Notes under the pieces: model-generated
The model's database searches: none
What the model was told of the DNA's origin: nothing
What the model saw: the letters and a program-made list of their open reading frames with translations, nothing else
Shown here: one piece after another, positions 16,162 through 27,724 of the stretch
How the letters are laid out: every line of letters starts with the position of its first letter
Position numbering within the stretch: position 1 is the stretch's first letter
Made by a program: the position numbers and the translations under genes
DNA from: an uncultured Acidobacteriaceae bacterium
Lineage (GTDB): Bacteria > Acidobacteriota > Terriglobia > Terriglobales > Acidobacteriaceae
Length of the DNA stretch: 64,000 nucleotides
Reading direction: 5' to 3'
Assembly (NCBI GenBank): GCA_963710545.1
Contig: CAVQAJ010000011.1
Span: forward strand, 203,113 to 267,112

Positions 16162-16788
16162 TCACCCCATATTCAGCGTCTTAACCAGGCTGCGCGGCTC
16201 CCGCTGTATCTTCTCCTGTAGAAGCGTGATGGCGTATAAAAGTTGCTCGGGACGCGGTGGACACCCTGGAACATACACGTCGACCGGAACCACCTGATTC
16301 ACTCCCTGCAGCAGAGCGTAGTTATTGAAGACCCCACCTGAGGTGGCGCATGCGCCCATGGAGATCACCCACTTCGGCTCCGGCATCTGGTCGTAAAGGC
16401 GGCGGATGACGGGAGCCATCTTGTGCGATACCCGGCCGGCAACCACCATAAGATCCGACTGCCGCGGCGAGGGGCGAAACACCTCCGCGCCAAAGCGCGC
16501 GATGTCGAAGCGCGACGCGCCCATGGACATCATCTCGATGGCGCAGCAGGCCAGACCAAAGGTCATGGGCCAAACGGAGTTTTTTCGGATCCAGTTGACG
16601 GCAAAATCCATCGAAGTAAGAAACACGCCCTCCGGCTCTTCGTATCCGTAGCTCACTTCGGTGAGCTTGACGCGATTCTTGGCGCTGCTCTCCAGCGCCC
16701 CGAAAAGATAATGGTCCCGCTCTGCCGTGGCTGCCATACAACTAATATAACCCGGTCCCGGCGCCGTTGCGTGGTCAGAATCGCTCAT
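16162..16788 (-). CDS. nuoB: NADH-quinone oxidoreductase subunit B (NuoB/NQO6 family), stand-alone copy
   Basis: ...[116 protein letters not shown]. No other nuo gene is adjacent. Confidence 0.9.
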   Translation of the reverse strand: MSDSDHATAPGPGYISCMAATAERDHYLFGALESSAKNRVKLTEVSYGYEEPEGVFLTSMDFAVNWIRKNSVWPMTFGLACCAIEMMSMGASRFDIARFGAEVFRPSPRQSDLMVVAGRVSHKMAPVIRRLYDQMPEPKWVISMGACATSGGVFNNYALLQGVNQVVPVDVYVPGCPPRPEQLLYAITLLQEKIQREPRSLVKTLNMG

Positions 16789-17163
16789 GATGAATGGTTA
16801 GTGTCCCTTGACAAGCCTCACCGCCATCTCCCGCTGCCTCATGGCTCCGGCCTTGTCTTGCTTCCGCTGTCTTTCCGGCGCAGGCAACCTCCCGGCGCGC
16901 GCAACAATTAGCAGCTTCGACATGATGAATCCATCAAGATTCGCAAAGGCACTTGCGTTATCTCCCCGTCTTTAAGAAAATCGTTGGTACGCGCAATCAT
17001 CGTTCTTCCAACCCCTGATTTTTTGCCGGCCCTGCGGCCGGCAGCGGGTCAGCGGCGAGCAGGCGGCGAACCTTCAGGTTTCGTTCGCCCATCACGGAAT
17101 CTCCAATCCCGCCTGCCGTTCGCAGGTCTATGCCGGTACGCCTCTTGCGGAGCCAAAACCATC

Positions 17164-19095
<1,932 letters not shown>

Positions 19096-19690
19096 CCAAT
19101 CGACACGGCTCTTCTCCGCATTGCCGCTCCTCGCGGCTCCCGCGGTGCGGACAACTGACTGCCTCGCTTTCCCAGGGGAATCGAACTGCCCGTTGCGGCA
19201 GAGGATCAGGTTTCGGTTGGCGGCGATTTGGCGGCGTTCTGGGGCAAAGTTGGATGGCTTTGCAGAATCTCGGAATCGTCAATTGTATGATTCACGGATA
19301 AATCAGCACTTTTTTCGACGTAACATGTGTATTTTCAGGGGGCTGGGAGGAAAGGGAGGGGGGTACCCCCCTATGTAGCAACTTTCGGGGGGAGCGGGCG
19401 GCGAATTCCGGGGCGTTCCGGCGACGGAACGGGTCTCCGCGGTCCCTATCCTTGAGACCTATTGTGCGCCGTCGGAAGGAAATTATATGCAAATGCGGGG
19501 AAGAAAAATTGGGCGTGCGGGATGGTGGGGTCGGGACTCCCTGCACAGGATGGATGGGCGGTCCGCTCGGGTTCGGAGGCTTCGAGGTCCGGGGGGCTGG
19601 GCGAACGCGTCGGCGGCTTGACTCCGGGCGGGATTCCTTCCCGGCGACAACGGCGTTTTCCGGGACGAATCCCGAGTTCGGGGGCGACGG

Positions 19691-19972
19691 TTATCTCCTG
19701 ATAATTCGAACAATCATTTGAAGTAGCTCTGCGTCGCTCTTGTCTGCCACCTCGCTCGAAGCCCATTTTTGATCCCCCGGTATGGAGCCAAGGATCCTGT
19801 CCCGGCCTGTTGAAGTATCTACTATTCTGAAGCGAATTTCCGAGGTCCTTTGACCCATTTGGCTCGGGTGGAATTCGACCTTCAGGTCAGCGTTGAATTC
19901 CGAGACGAGCCTACAGATCCGATCCCTCTGAACTTGTGGGCTGTCCTTTTCGGGCATCAAATTCTCCATCAC
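19691..19972 (-). CDS. Hypothetical 93-aa protein in the lower-GC islet
   Basis: The ORF lies 16 nt downstream of the Cys-repeat gene on the same strand. It has no signal peptide and no recognisable family. Confidence 0.4.
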   Translation of the reverse strand: MMENLMPEKDSPQVQRDRICRLVSEFNADLKVEFHPSQMGQRTSEIRFRIVDTSTGRDRILGSIPGDQKWASSEVADKSDAELLQMIVRIIRR

Positions 19973-19987
19973 TTTTCCTCCTCGCGG

Positions 19988-20821
19988 TTACGGGTTTGTG
20001 CCCGGCGCACTCCGGTAGTAGCCTCGTACATATGTTCCATTGCTCTTGGTGTATCCATTTACGAGCACGGTCTTCGGAACCCCATTCTTGTTTGGTTCAC
20101 CATAGTACGAACCGTTTTCAGCGGGCGCGCCGACTGAAGTCAGTAGAGCTTTGAACAGCGCGTCGAGCTGCGTGTCGAGTGAAGTTGGCGCCGCCGCTGA
20201 AGCCTCCATCATTCTGGGTGACAGGTAAGAACTCGCAAAACAATCGTTCACGCCCCCGGTGGACCGCACGATGGCAGAATCAGGTGGGGTTACCCTAGCA
20301 TGGTTGCACTGGCCGATGCCGTAGCCACAAGCTTGAACGTTCATCTGGTGCCGAATCACAACCACCTGAGCAGCCTCGCCACGCGACAGGAGACCCTCAT
20401 CGCACTGGCCGATGCCGTAGCCACAAGCTTGAACGTTCATCCGGTGCCGAATCACACCCACCTGAGCAGCCTCACCTGGGGACAGGAGACCTTCATCGCA
20501 CTGGCCGATGCCGTAGCCACAGGCCTGAACGTTCATCCGGTGCCGAATCACACCCACCTGAGCAGCCTCGCCGGGCGATAGTAGACTTTCATCGCACTGG
20601 CCGATGCCGTAGCCACAGGCCGTCAGATTGAGCCCGCGCTGGTACCCAGAGGCAGTCTGATCGGATTGTTGGGCGATGGCGATCAGGCCGCAGCTCAGAC
20701 CAAGGACAATCATGCCAAGCCGCCGTTGAATGCGCGTCGCCGACCGTATTGGTGCTTCCTGACGCGGGAGCGCTTTTTCCTGACGACCAATATTGATACC
20801 CATGAATGATGCGGTTTTCAT
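19988..20821 (-). CDS. Secreted or membrane-anchored protein with 3.5 tandem 32-aa Cys-containing repeats
   Basis: The hydrophobic N-terminus is RRLGMIVLGLSCGLIAIAQQ. The repeat is ACGYGIGQCDE(S/G)LLSPGEAAQVGVIRHRMNVQ, x3 plus a partial copy. The C-terminus is ...NGYTKSNGTYVRGYYRSAPGTNP. No family is recognised. Confidence 0.7.
   Translation of the reverse strand: MKTASFMGINIGRQEKALPRQEAPIRSATRIQRRLGMIVLGLSCGLIAIAQQSDQTASGYQRGLNLTACGYGIGQCDESLLSPGEAAQVGVIRHRMNVQACGYGIGQCDEGLLSPGEAAQVGVIRHRMNVQACGYGIGQCDEGLLSRGEAAQVVVIRHQMNVQACGYGIGQCNHARVTPPDSAIVRSTGGVNDCFASSYLSPRMMEASAAAPTSLDTQLDALFKALLTSVGAPAENGSYYGEPNKNGVPKTVLVNGYTKSNGTYVRGYYRSAPGTNP
20306..20640 (-). repeat. 96-bp in-frame tandem repeat (3 full units plus 1 partial) inside the Cys-repeat gene
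   Basis: GCACTGGCCGATGCCGTAGCCACA starts at 20306, 20402, 20498 and 20594, an exact 96-nt period. Units differ at only a few positions. Confidence 0.92.
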
Positions 20822-20927
20822 TTTCCCTACCTCGCGTTGTTCTTTCTGATTGCGACAGTAGGCAGACCGAGCGGAAGAGTCCTAAAATCAATCTCAAAGA
20901 ATTCATAAATAGTTGCCGGACAACGAG

Positions 20928-22784
20928 ATGGGACGAAGCCACAACACGAAATATAGGTTCGGGCCTTACACCTTGGAGCCTGATGAGAGGCGCATTTTGC
21001 GCGAGGGGGCCTCCCCTATCGAGCTGACTGCAAAGGCTTTCGATCTGCTTGTGCTGCTCGTAAGTAGGGCCGAACAGCTCGTGACGAAGGACGAGATTCT
21101 GGATGCGGTCTGGCAGGAGGTGAGCATCGCGGAGTCGAACTTGACGACTACGATTTCGATGATCCGCAGGGCGCTCCAGGAGGATTCGGAACACCGGTAC
21201 ATTGAGACTGTTCCCAAGAAGGGCTACCGTTTTGTGGCGCAGGTTTCCGTCGTTACTGGTCAGGCTCGCAGTGAAACCGAACCAATCGACCAGCTTCGGC
21301 CTCCATCAGCGACTGAACGTCGGCGCTCAGGGCTCCTTGTTTCTGGTGCATTGGTGACCCTTATGGCAGCCGGAATCGGATTCGGCATTTTGCACCGTAG
21401 CCGCCCAAAGAGTCCCTTTCAAGATGCAATTCGCCATGAGGCTGAAGGCAACGACCAGTTGGCCATCAAGGAGCTAAATGATTTGCTTCCGACGGATCCG
21501 AACTTTGCCGACGCGAAGCTCAAGGCCGCCTGGCTGTTATACCAGGCAGACAGAGATGACGAAGCGAATCAGGCCCTGTCAGCAATTGCAGATTCGAAGC
21601 CGTCTACGGATTCCTCAGAACACGAGCGGGCGACCAATCTAAAGATCACGGGCATCAAGAAGCTGCTCGTAGATCAAGTCGGTGGCGCACTCGTTGATTT
21701 TCAGGAGGCGGCAGATGTTGACCCCTTCGACATAGATGCCTTGATCTATAAGGCTGATACCGCGATTCGAGAAGACTCCCTCGACGAGGCGGACAAGGCG
21801 CTCGCTGAATGTATGAAACGCGATGATAGGAGTCCCATTTGTGGCTACGAGCGGATTGACGCGCTCGGGCGCGAAGGCAAGTTCGACATGGCAATTGCCG
21901 AATACGACAGACTTCATAGGGTCTCTAATAACCCATGGCTCGAACAGCCGGCTGGGTATGCGGAATTGGCGAAGGGAGATGTTGAAGGGGCGCAAAGGCA
22001 CTTCAATACCCTGGCTAAAGAAGGGCGGGGGAGCCGGGTTCATTTCTCGGCGGCGCAGGACGCCGCCGTCGCTGTCTTCCTTCGTAATGGCGAGTTGTCG
22101 GCGGCACACAGGGAACTCGACACAGCGATTACGCAGACTTCCTCTCCCTTTGAGAAGGCGGACTACCACATCTTCTTGGCGGACATTGACGCTATGGACG
22201 GGGAGCCAAGTCAAGCAAAGGAGGCAAAGAAGGAACTCGATGAGGCTGACAAGCTTTACCACACGCCAGAATTCACAATTGAAACTGCCCGGACTTACGC
22301 TGTTATCGGCGATTTTGCCAAGGCCCGAAGTCTTCTCGCTCCGCAAATCCAAGCCGCGCCCGGCTTGGGAGTGCAATACGCCGCAGCTGGTCCCTTCGTT
22401 GATGGTATGGAATCGTTCGAGAGGCGCGACTTCACGAAGGCCGAGAGTCAGCTAGCTAGCTCGTTAGAGAAGGACGGCAATCCGGAGACCGCATACTTCC
22501 TAGCCCGTTCGGAGATGAGTTTGAAGGAATGGGACTTGGCAATCGGTCATTTGAACCTCATTGGCAACAGCAAGGTAAAGGTCTTCATCGACAGCGTCGC
22601 TTCGCTGATCCCTTTGTCCGAATATAACCTCGGCGTTTGTTACAGAGCGAAGGGGCGGGAATCCTCGGCCCAGAGCCACTTTTCATCTGCCCGTGAAATG
22701 TGGAAAGACGCCGATCCCGAGTTGAAGGCACGCTTCACAGATTCGGCGAGCAGTGCAGCCACCAAGATTCGAGAGAGCCGCTGA
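20928..22784 (+). CDS. ToxR/CadC-like membrane-tethered transcriptional activator (OmpR/PhoB winged helix, TM segment, TPR-like extracytoplasmic domain)
   Basis: YRFGPYTLEPDERRILREGASPIELTAKAFDLLVLLVSRAEQLVTKDEILDAVWQEVSIAESNLTTTISMIRRALQED..RYIETVPKKGYRFV. The TM segment is GLLVSGALVTLMAAGIGFGIL. The rest is a long helical-repeat region. The gene is divergent from the Cys-repeat gene. Confidence 0.8.
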   Translation: MGRSHNTKYRFGPYTLEPDERRILREGASPIELTAKAFDLLVLLVSRAEQLVTKDEILDAVWQEVSIAESNLTTTISMIRRALQEDSEHRYIETVPKKGYRFVAQVSVVTGQARSETEPIDQLRPPSATERRRSGLLVSGALVTLMAAGIGFGILHRSRPKSPFQDAIRHEAEGNDQLAIKELNDLLPTDPNFADAKLKAAWLLYQADRDDEANQALSAIADSKPSTDSSEHERATNLKITGIKKLLVDQVGGALVDFQEAADVDPFDIDALIYKADTAIREDSLDEADKALAECMKRDDRSPICGYERIDALGREGKFDMAIAEYDRLHRVSNNPWLEQPAGYAELAKGDVEGAQRHFNTLAKEGRGSRVHFSAAQDAAVAVFLRNGELSAAHRELDTAITQTSSPFEKADYHIFLADIDAMDGEPSQAKEAKKELDEADKLYHTPEFTIETARTYAVIGDFAKARSLLAPQIQAAPGLGVQYAAAGPFVDGMESFERRDFTKAESQLASSLEKDGNPETAYFLARSEMSLKEWDLAIGHLNLIGNSKVKVFIDSVASLIPLSEYNLGVCYRAKGRESSAQSHFSSAREMWKDADPELKARFTDSASSAATKIRESR

Positions 22785-23271
22785 TCCTCGGAATTTATCC
22801 CGAAGTGTCGGCTTCTCGGAGGCGATCGGCTGGTGATGAGGGGTTGATCGCGGCTTCGCCGCGTACACGATCTCAGGATTCGTTTTGAAGGATTGTGTCG
22901 GGGTTGAATCCCCGACCTACCGGCCTGTGCCGTTAAGCCTCGGGGAGGGGACGTGCGGTTGAGGTTCTTCCTGCGGCTAAAGCCCGCTTCTTTCTTGTTG
23001 GGCTTTTTGCGGGGGTTGCCCCCCCGCCTAGAGCGGTTCTCCGGTTGACTTGGAGTGTGCGGAATCGTGCAGGGTGGCTTTTTCTTGAGGAAAAAGCCAC
23101 TTGAGTGCGTGCATTCGGGCTTCAGTAATTCCGAAAGTGCTATAGCAGCTCAGACTCTTTCAGGCTCATCTTGCGCTGGAATCACATCCCCAGCTGGGGC
23201 TCATCTTCCCCTGGGCAAGAGTAAAAGCCCACACCGGCAAGAAAATCGCTTATTCTGTTAACAATTCCTTC

Positions 23272-25911
23272 TTGCTTCGGCAGGCCACGACCAAAACCCT
23301 CATGAATCCAGTCGCTTTGGCGGTTGACGATCTTCGGGAGCAGTATATGCGGGAGATGGCGCTTGTCCGCCTCACCTGTGAGCGCACCGGGGACGGCACC
23401 GCCGCCATCCGCCGCCGCTCCGCCGTGGTCGACCGGATACTCATTGAAATGTGGCGCCGGGCCTTCGCCGGCCAGCCCGCCCTCAACGTCTCCCTTCTCG
23501 CTCTGGGCGGCTACGGACGCAAGGATCTGTTCCCCTACTCGGACATCGACGTTCTGTTCGCGTTTGCCGACGAAAAGACGGAAGACCTGGCCAAGGAGGC
23601 GGTCCGCGGCATCATCCAGGGCATGTGGGACATAGGCCTGCGCGCCAGTCCCAGTTCCCGCACGGTGAAGGAAGCCGGACGATTCGATCCGGATAACCTC
23701 GAGTTCACCCTGGCTACGCTGGACCGCCGCTTCCTGGCCGGCCAGTTCCCTCTCTACCAGCAGCTTCATCAAACGGTCTTGCCCGGCCTGGTGCTGAGCG
23801 AGTGGAACACCATCACCCATAAGCTGGGCGAGATCGCCCGCGCACGGCACGCCAAGTTCGGCAATACGATCTTTCATCTCGAGCCAAACCTGAAGGACTG
23901 TCCGGGCGGGCTGCGCGACTATCACCTGGCGGTCTGGTTCGCGCTGCTCTTTCACCTGAAGGAGACCAAGGAGTGGCCCCGCCAGCGCGGCGGCGTCTTC
24001 CAGTCGGCGCGCGGCGACGCCGAGGCGGCCTTCGACTTTCTCGCCGCCGCGCGCTGTTTTCTCCACTTCCGCCACGGCCGCGACGACAACACGCTGGACT
24101 GGCAGTCGCAGGACGAGGCCGCCGCCAACTCCATCGGCCTGGAAACCCGCGGCACCGCGGACCCCAGTTACTGGATGCGGACCTACTATCGCCACGCCCG
24201 CATCATCTACCGCCGCGCCGCCCTCTTGATGGAGCACCTGCCCGCGCCGGTCAGCTTCTACAAGCAATTCCGCCGCCGCCGCACTCCCATCGCCGGAACC
24301 GACTTCCTGCTCGACCAGGGCCGCATCGACATCGTTCCCGGCGCGCAGTTCAACGACACCGCCGCCATCCTGCGCATCTTCTCCATGATGGCCACCCACG
24401 GCTACACGCTTTCGCAGGCTGCCGAAGACCGCATCACCGACGCGCTGCCGGCTCTCGCCATCCACATTCCCGAAGGCCCTTACCTGTGGAACGCATTGCG
24501 CGAAGTCCTGCTGGGGCCGCATGCGGCGCATTCCCTCCGCACCATGCACGCCCTCGGCGTGTTGGAGATGCTGATCCCCGAGTTCCACGGCATCGACGCC
24601 CTGGTCATTCGGGACTCTTATCATCGCTACACCGTCGACGAGCACACCTTCCTCACCATCGACAACGTGCATGGCCTGCGCACCCCGGCCCACGACTACG
24701 AACAGCGCCTGGCGCAACTGCTGCCGGAGATCGATCGCCTCGACCTGTTCCTGCTGGCGCTGCTGCTGCACGACACCGGCAAGGCCCGCCGCACCGGCGA
24801 ACACGCCAGCCAGAGTGTCGAATTAGCCGACGCATTCCTGGCCCGTCTGGACTTCGACGCCGAAGAGCGCGAGTCGATCCTCAAGCTGATCCGGCTCCAT
24901 CTGGAGATGTCGCTTGCCTTGCGCCGCGACATATTCGACCCGGAAAACGTGCGCGGCTTTTCCGAGAAGATCGGCAGCCCGCAGTTGCTCAAGATGCTCA
25001 CCATCATGACCTTTGCCGACATCAAGGCCGTCAACCCCGATGCGCTCACCCCCTGGAAGGCCGAGAACCTGTGGCAGTTCTACATGTCCACGGCCAACTT
25101 CATGGACCGCTCGGTCGACGAGGTACGCTATCACGCCTCCATCGATCCCACCCTGCTCAACCGCATTCGCTCGATGGTTCCAGCCGCCCAGCACGAATCG
25201 CTCCGCCTGTTCCTGGAAGGCCTGCCGCAACGCTACCTTCAGACCCGGCTGCCGGAGCAGATCCGCCATCACTTCCAGATGGCTCTCAATCTCGCCAGTG
25301 CCCCCGTTCAGCTCGACCTCCGCCCCAATCGCCAGCTCTTCGACCTGACTGTGATTACGCGCGACCGAACCCGCCTTTTCGCCGACGTGGCCGGAACCCT
25401 GGCCGCCTGGGGCATGAACATCGTCAAGGCCGGCGCCTTCTCCAACGATGCCGGCGTCATCGTCGATAGCTTCCACTTCACCGACGTGTTTCACACCCTG
25501 GAGCTGAACCCCAGCGAGAAAGACCGCTTCCTGGCCAACCTTCACGACGTAGTGGCGCAGAAGGTCTCAGTCCAGCAGTTGCTTGAAGCACGCCGCCACA
25601 TGAACCACCCCGGCAACCTCAAGGTCGAAGTCGCCACGCGCCTCGAATTCGACTCCGATTCCTCCACCCACTCGACGCTCTTGCAGGTTATCTCGCAGGA
25701 CGTGCCCGGCCTGCTGCGCCAAATCGCGCTCACCCTCAGCACCCACCACTGCGACATCAAAGTGGCGCTGATCGACACCGAAGGCGAAACCGCAATCGAC
25801 GTCTTTTACCTGACCCATGGCGACCAGAAGCTTCCCGCGGAAATCCAGAAGACCCTGGCCGCCGACCTGAAGGCAGCCCTGGAGACAATGCGCGCACCGG
25901 CGGGCGGCTAG
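23272..25911 (+). CDS. glnD: Bifunctional [protein-PII] uridylyltransferase/uridylyl-removing enzyme
   Basis: The nucleotidyltransferase motif is [23 protein letters not shown]. The HD domain has HRYTVDEHT...LLLHDTGKA. Two C-terminal ACT-like segments follow. The start is uncertain (TTG at 23272 or ATG at 23302). Confidence 0.93.
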   Translation: MLRQATTKTLMNPVALAVDDLREQYMREMALVRLTCERTGDGTAAIRRRSAVVDRILIEMWRRAFAGQPALNVSLLALGGYGRKDLFPYSDIDVLFAFADEKTEDLAKEAVRGIIQGMWDIGLRASPSSRTVKEAGRFDPDNLEFTLATLDRRFLAGQFPLYQQLHQTVLPGLVLSEWNTITHKLGEIARARHAKFGNTIFHLEPNLKDCPGGLRDYHLAVWFALLFHLKETKEWPRQRGGVFQSARGDAEAAFDFLAAARCFLHFRHGRDDNTLDWQSQDEAAANSIGLETRGTADPSYWMRTYYRHARIIYRRAALLMEHLPAPVSFYKQFRRRRTPIAGTDFLLDQGRIDIVPGAQFNDTAAILRIFSMMATHGYTLSQAAEDRITDALPALAIHIPEGPYLWNALREVLLGPHAAHSLRTMHALGVLEMLIPEFHGIDALVIRDSYHRYTVDEHTFLTIDNVHGLRTPAHDYEQRLAQLLPEIDRLDLFLLALLLHDTGKARRTGEHASQSVELADAFLARLDFDAEERESILKLIRLHLEMSLALRRDIFDPENVRGFSEKIGSPQLLKMLTIMTFADIKAVNPDALTPWKAENLWQFYMSTANFMDRSVDEVRYHASIDPTLLNRIRSMVPAAQHESLRLFLEGLPQRYLQTRLPEQIRHHFQMALNLASAPVQLDLRPNRQLFDLTVITRDRTRLFADVAGTLAAWGMNIVKAGAFSNDAGVIVDSFHFTDVFHTLELNPSEKDRFLANLHDVVAQKVSVQQLLEARRHMNHPGNLKVEVATRLEFDSDSSTHSTLLQVISQDVPGLLRQIALTLSTHHCDIKVALIDTEGETAIDVFYLTHGDQKLPAEIQKTLAADLKAALETMRAPAGG

Positions 25912-27620
25912 GGAATCCGTTCGTAGGGCAGGTAGACCGGCTCCCAGACGTAGGCGCGGAGCTGGTCTTTGAGCGTGGCTTCATCGGCGAGCTCGGATAC
26001 GCCTTCGGCAATGGCCTGCCTGCCCACGGCCTCCGCCACAATCATCCCCACCTTGCGCGACTCTCCGATAGGCGGCAGCAGCCGGCCGTTGGGGTCTTCA
26101 CGCGCCGGGGAGAGCTGCGCCAGGGCCTTGGCCGCGGCCATGATCATGGCGTCGGTGACGCGCCGCGCACGCGAGACCAGGATGCCCAGGGCGAGGCCGG
26201 GAAAGATGTAGGAGTTGTTGGTCTGGGCGATGGGGACCAGCCGGCCGTTGACCTCGACCGGTGCAAAGGGGCTGCCGGTGCCGACGATGGCGCGGCCTTC
26301 GGTCCAGCGCAGCAGATCGGCGGGCGTGGCTTCGGCGCAGGAGGTCGGGTTGGAGAGGGGGAAGATGATGGGGCGCGGCGTGTGGCTGGCCAGGGCGCGC
26401 ACAATCTCTTCGGTAAACGCGCCGGCCTGCGCCGAGGTGCCCACCAGGGCCGTGATTCCGGCGTTGCGCGCCACGTCGAGCAGCGAAACATCTTCTCCAC
26501 CGGAGAGCTGCCAGCCTGCGACATCGGCCCTCGGACGCACCCAGGGCTGCTGGGTGTCGCGAATGCCGCGTCCGCCTTCGACCAGCAATCCGTAGCGATT
26601 GAAGGCATAGATGCGGCCGCGGGCTTCGGCTTCGGTCAGGCCCTCTTCCTGCATGGCGGTGAGCAGCAGGTCGGCGATGCCCACGCCCGCACCGCCTGAG
26701 CCGAACAGCGCGATGGTCTGTTCCTTGAGCGGAACACCGGTCGCGTTGACGGCGGCCAGCAGGGTCGCGGTGGTAACGGCGGCGGTGCCCTGAATGTCGT
26801 CGTTGAAGGTGCAGAGGCGGTCCCGGTAGCGCTCCAGCAGCATGGCCGCGTTGGTGCCGGCAAAGTCCTCCCACTGCAGCAGAATGTGCGGCCAGCGCCG
26901 CATCACCGCCTGCACAAACGCCTCGACAAAATCGTCGTATTCCTGGCCGCGCACGCGGTGGTGCTGCCAGCCGATGTAGATCGGATCGTTGAGCAGCTTC
27001 TCGTTGTCGGTGCCCACGTCCAGCAGAACCGGCAGGCAGTGCTCGGGCGGGATGCCGGCCAGGGCCGTGTAGAGCGCCATCTTGCCGATGGGAATGCCCA
27101 TGCCGCCGGCTCCCTGGTCGCCCAGCCCGAGGATGCGTTCGCCGTCCGAGACCACGATGCAGCGGATGTTGTCGTAGCGCGGGTCCGCAAGGATCCGATC
27201 GATGCGGTCGCGGTTGGGATAGCTGATGAAAAGCCCGCGCGGCTTGCGCCAAATTTCAGAAAAACGCTGGCAGCCCTCGCCGACCGCGGGAGTGTAAACC
27301 ACCGGCAGCAGCTCTTCGGTGTGCTCGGCGATGAGGGAGTAAAAGAGCGTCTCGTCGTTGTCCTGCAGGTCGCGCATGTTGCTGTATTTGCCGAACGCGG
27401 TATCGCGGCCGGCCAGCACCCGCATGCGGCGCGCGCGCTGGTCTTCCAGGGTGCCGATGTGCGGCGGCAGCAGGCCATGCAGCCCGAAGGCGTCGCGCTC
27501 TTCCGCCGTGAAAGCGGTGCCCTTGTTGAGGCGGGCGTTCAGCAGCAGCTCAATTCCATGAAGGCGGGTGCGAACGATTCTCTCTTCGATCTGGATGGGT
27601 GATTGGAATTCCCGGCTCAT
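25908..27620 (-). CDS. maeA: NAD(P)-dependent malic enzyme
   Basis: ...[31 protein letters not shown]..., ...[25 protein letters not shown]..., ...[11 protein letters not shown]..., ...[12 protein letters not shown]... Confidence 0.92.
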   Translation of the reverse strand: MSREFQSPIQIEERIVRTRLHGIELLLNARLNKGTAFTAEERDAFGLHGLLPPHIGTLEDQRARRMRVLAGRDTAFGKYSNMRDLQDNDETLFYSLIAEHTEELLPVVYTPAVGEGCQRFSEIWRKPRGLFISYPNRDRIDRILADPRYDNIRCIVVSDGERILGLGDQGAGGMGIPIGKMALYTALAGIPPEHCLPVLLDVGTDNEKLLNDPIYIGWQHHRVRGQEYDDFVEAFVQAVMRRWPHILLQWEDFAGTNAAMLLERYRDRLCTFNDDIQGTAAVTTATLLAAVNATGVPLKEQTIALFGSGGAGVGIADLLLTAMQEEGLTEAEARGRIYAFNRYGLLVEGGRGIRDTQQPWVRPRADVAGWQLSGGEDVSLLDVARNAGITALVGTSAQAGAFTEEIVRALASHTPRPIIFPLSNPTSCAEATPADLLRWTEGRAIVGTGSPFAPVEVNGRLVPIAQTNNSYIFPGLALGILVSRARRVTDAMIMAAAKALAQLSPAREDPNGRLLPPIGESRKVGMIVAEAVGRQAIAEGVSELADEATLKDQLRAYVWEPVYLPYERIP

Positions 27621-27724
27621 ATGTGTCCCCTGGTAGTAAGTTGGTCCCGGTCAAGACATGCGAGAGCGGCGGGAAATCAAGAACGCCCCGCCACGCAGCT
27701 ATCGCTCTGCCCCATCCAGATCGA

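Noticed and set aside
16950-17010. Sigma-54 (-24 GG / -12 GC) promoter upstream of amtB (AAGGCACTTGCGTTATC and TTGGTACGCGCAATCA).
   Set aside because: The GG-N10-GC spacing or the -12 TTGC element does not fit in either candidate, so it is not supportable by eye.
17023-17044. Perfect hairpin TGCCGGCC-CTGC-GGCCGGCA, preceded by T6, considered as a terminator.
   Set aside because: The T run lies 5' of the stem on the plus strand and becomes an A run 3' of the stem on the minus strand, so it fits a Rho-independent terminator in neither direction.
19165-19215. tRNA-like T-arm fragment (GGGGAATCGAACTGCCCG on the plus strand) that might mark an integration att site at the islet border; also the hairpin GTCGGGGTTGAATCCCCGAC at ~22900-22920.
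   Set aside because: I could not build a complementary T-stem, acceptor stem or anticodon arm around either. The second is a simple 7-bp hairpin with a 6-nt loop. There is no integrase nearby.
23074-23100. Perfect 11-bp hairpin GTGGCTTTTTC-TTGAG-GAAAAAGCCAC at the right border of the islet, considered as a terminator for the ToxR-like gene.
   Set aside because: There is no U tract after the stem and it lies 290 nt from the stop codon. It is recorded only as a structure, not as a called feature.
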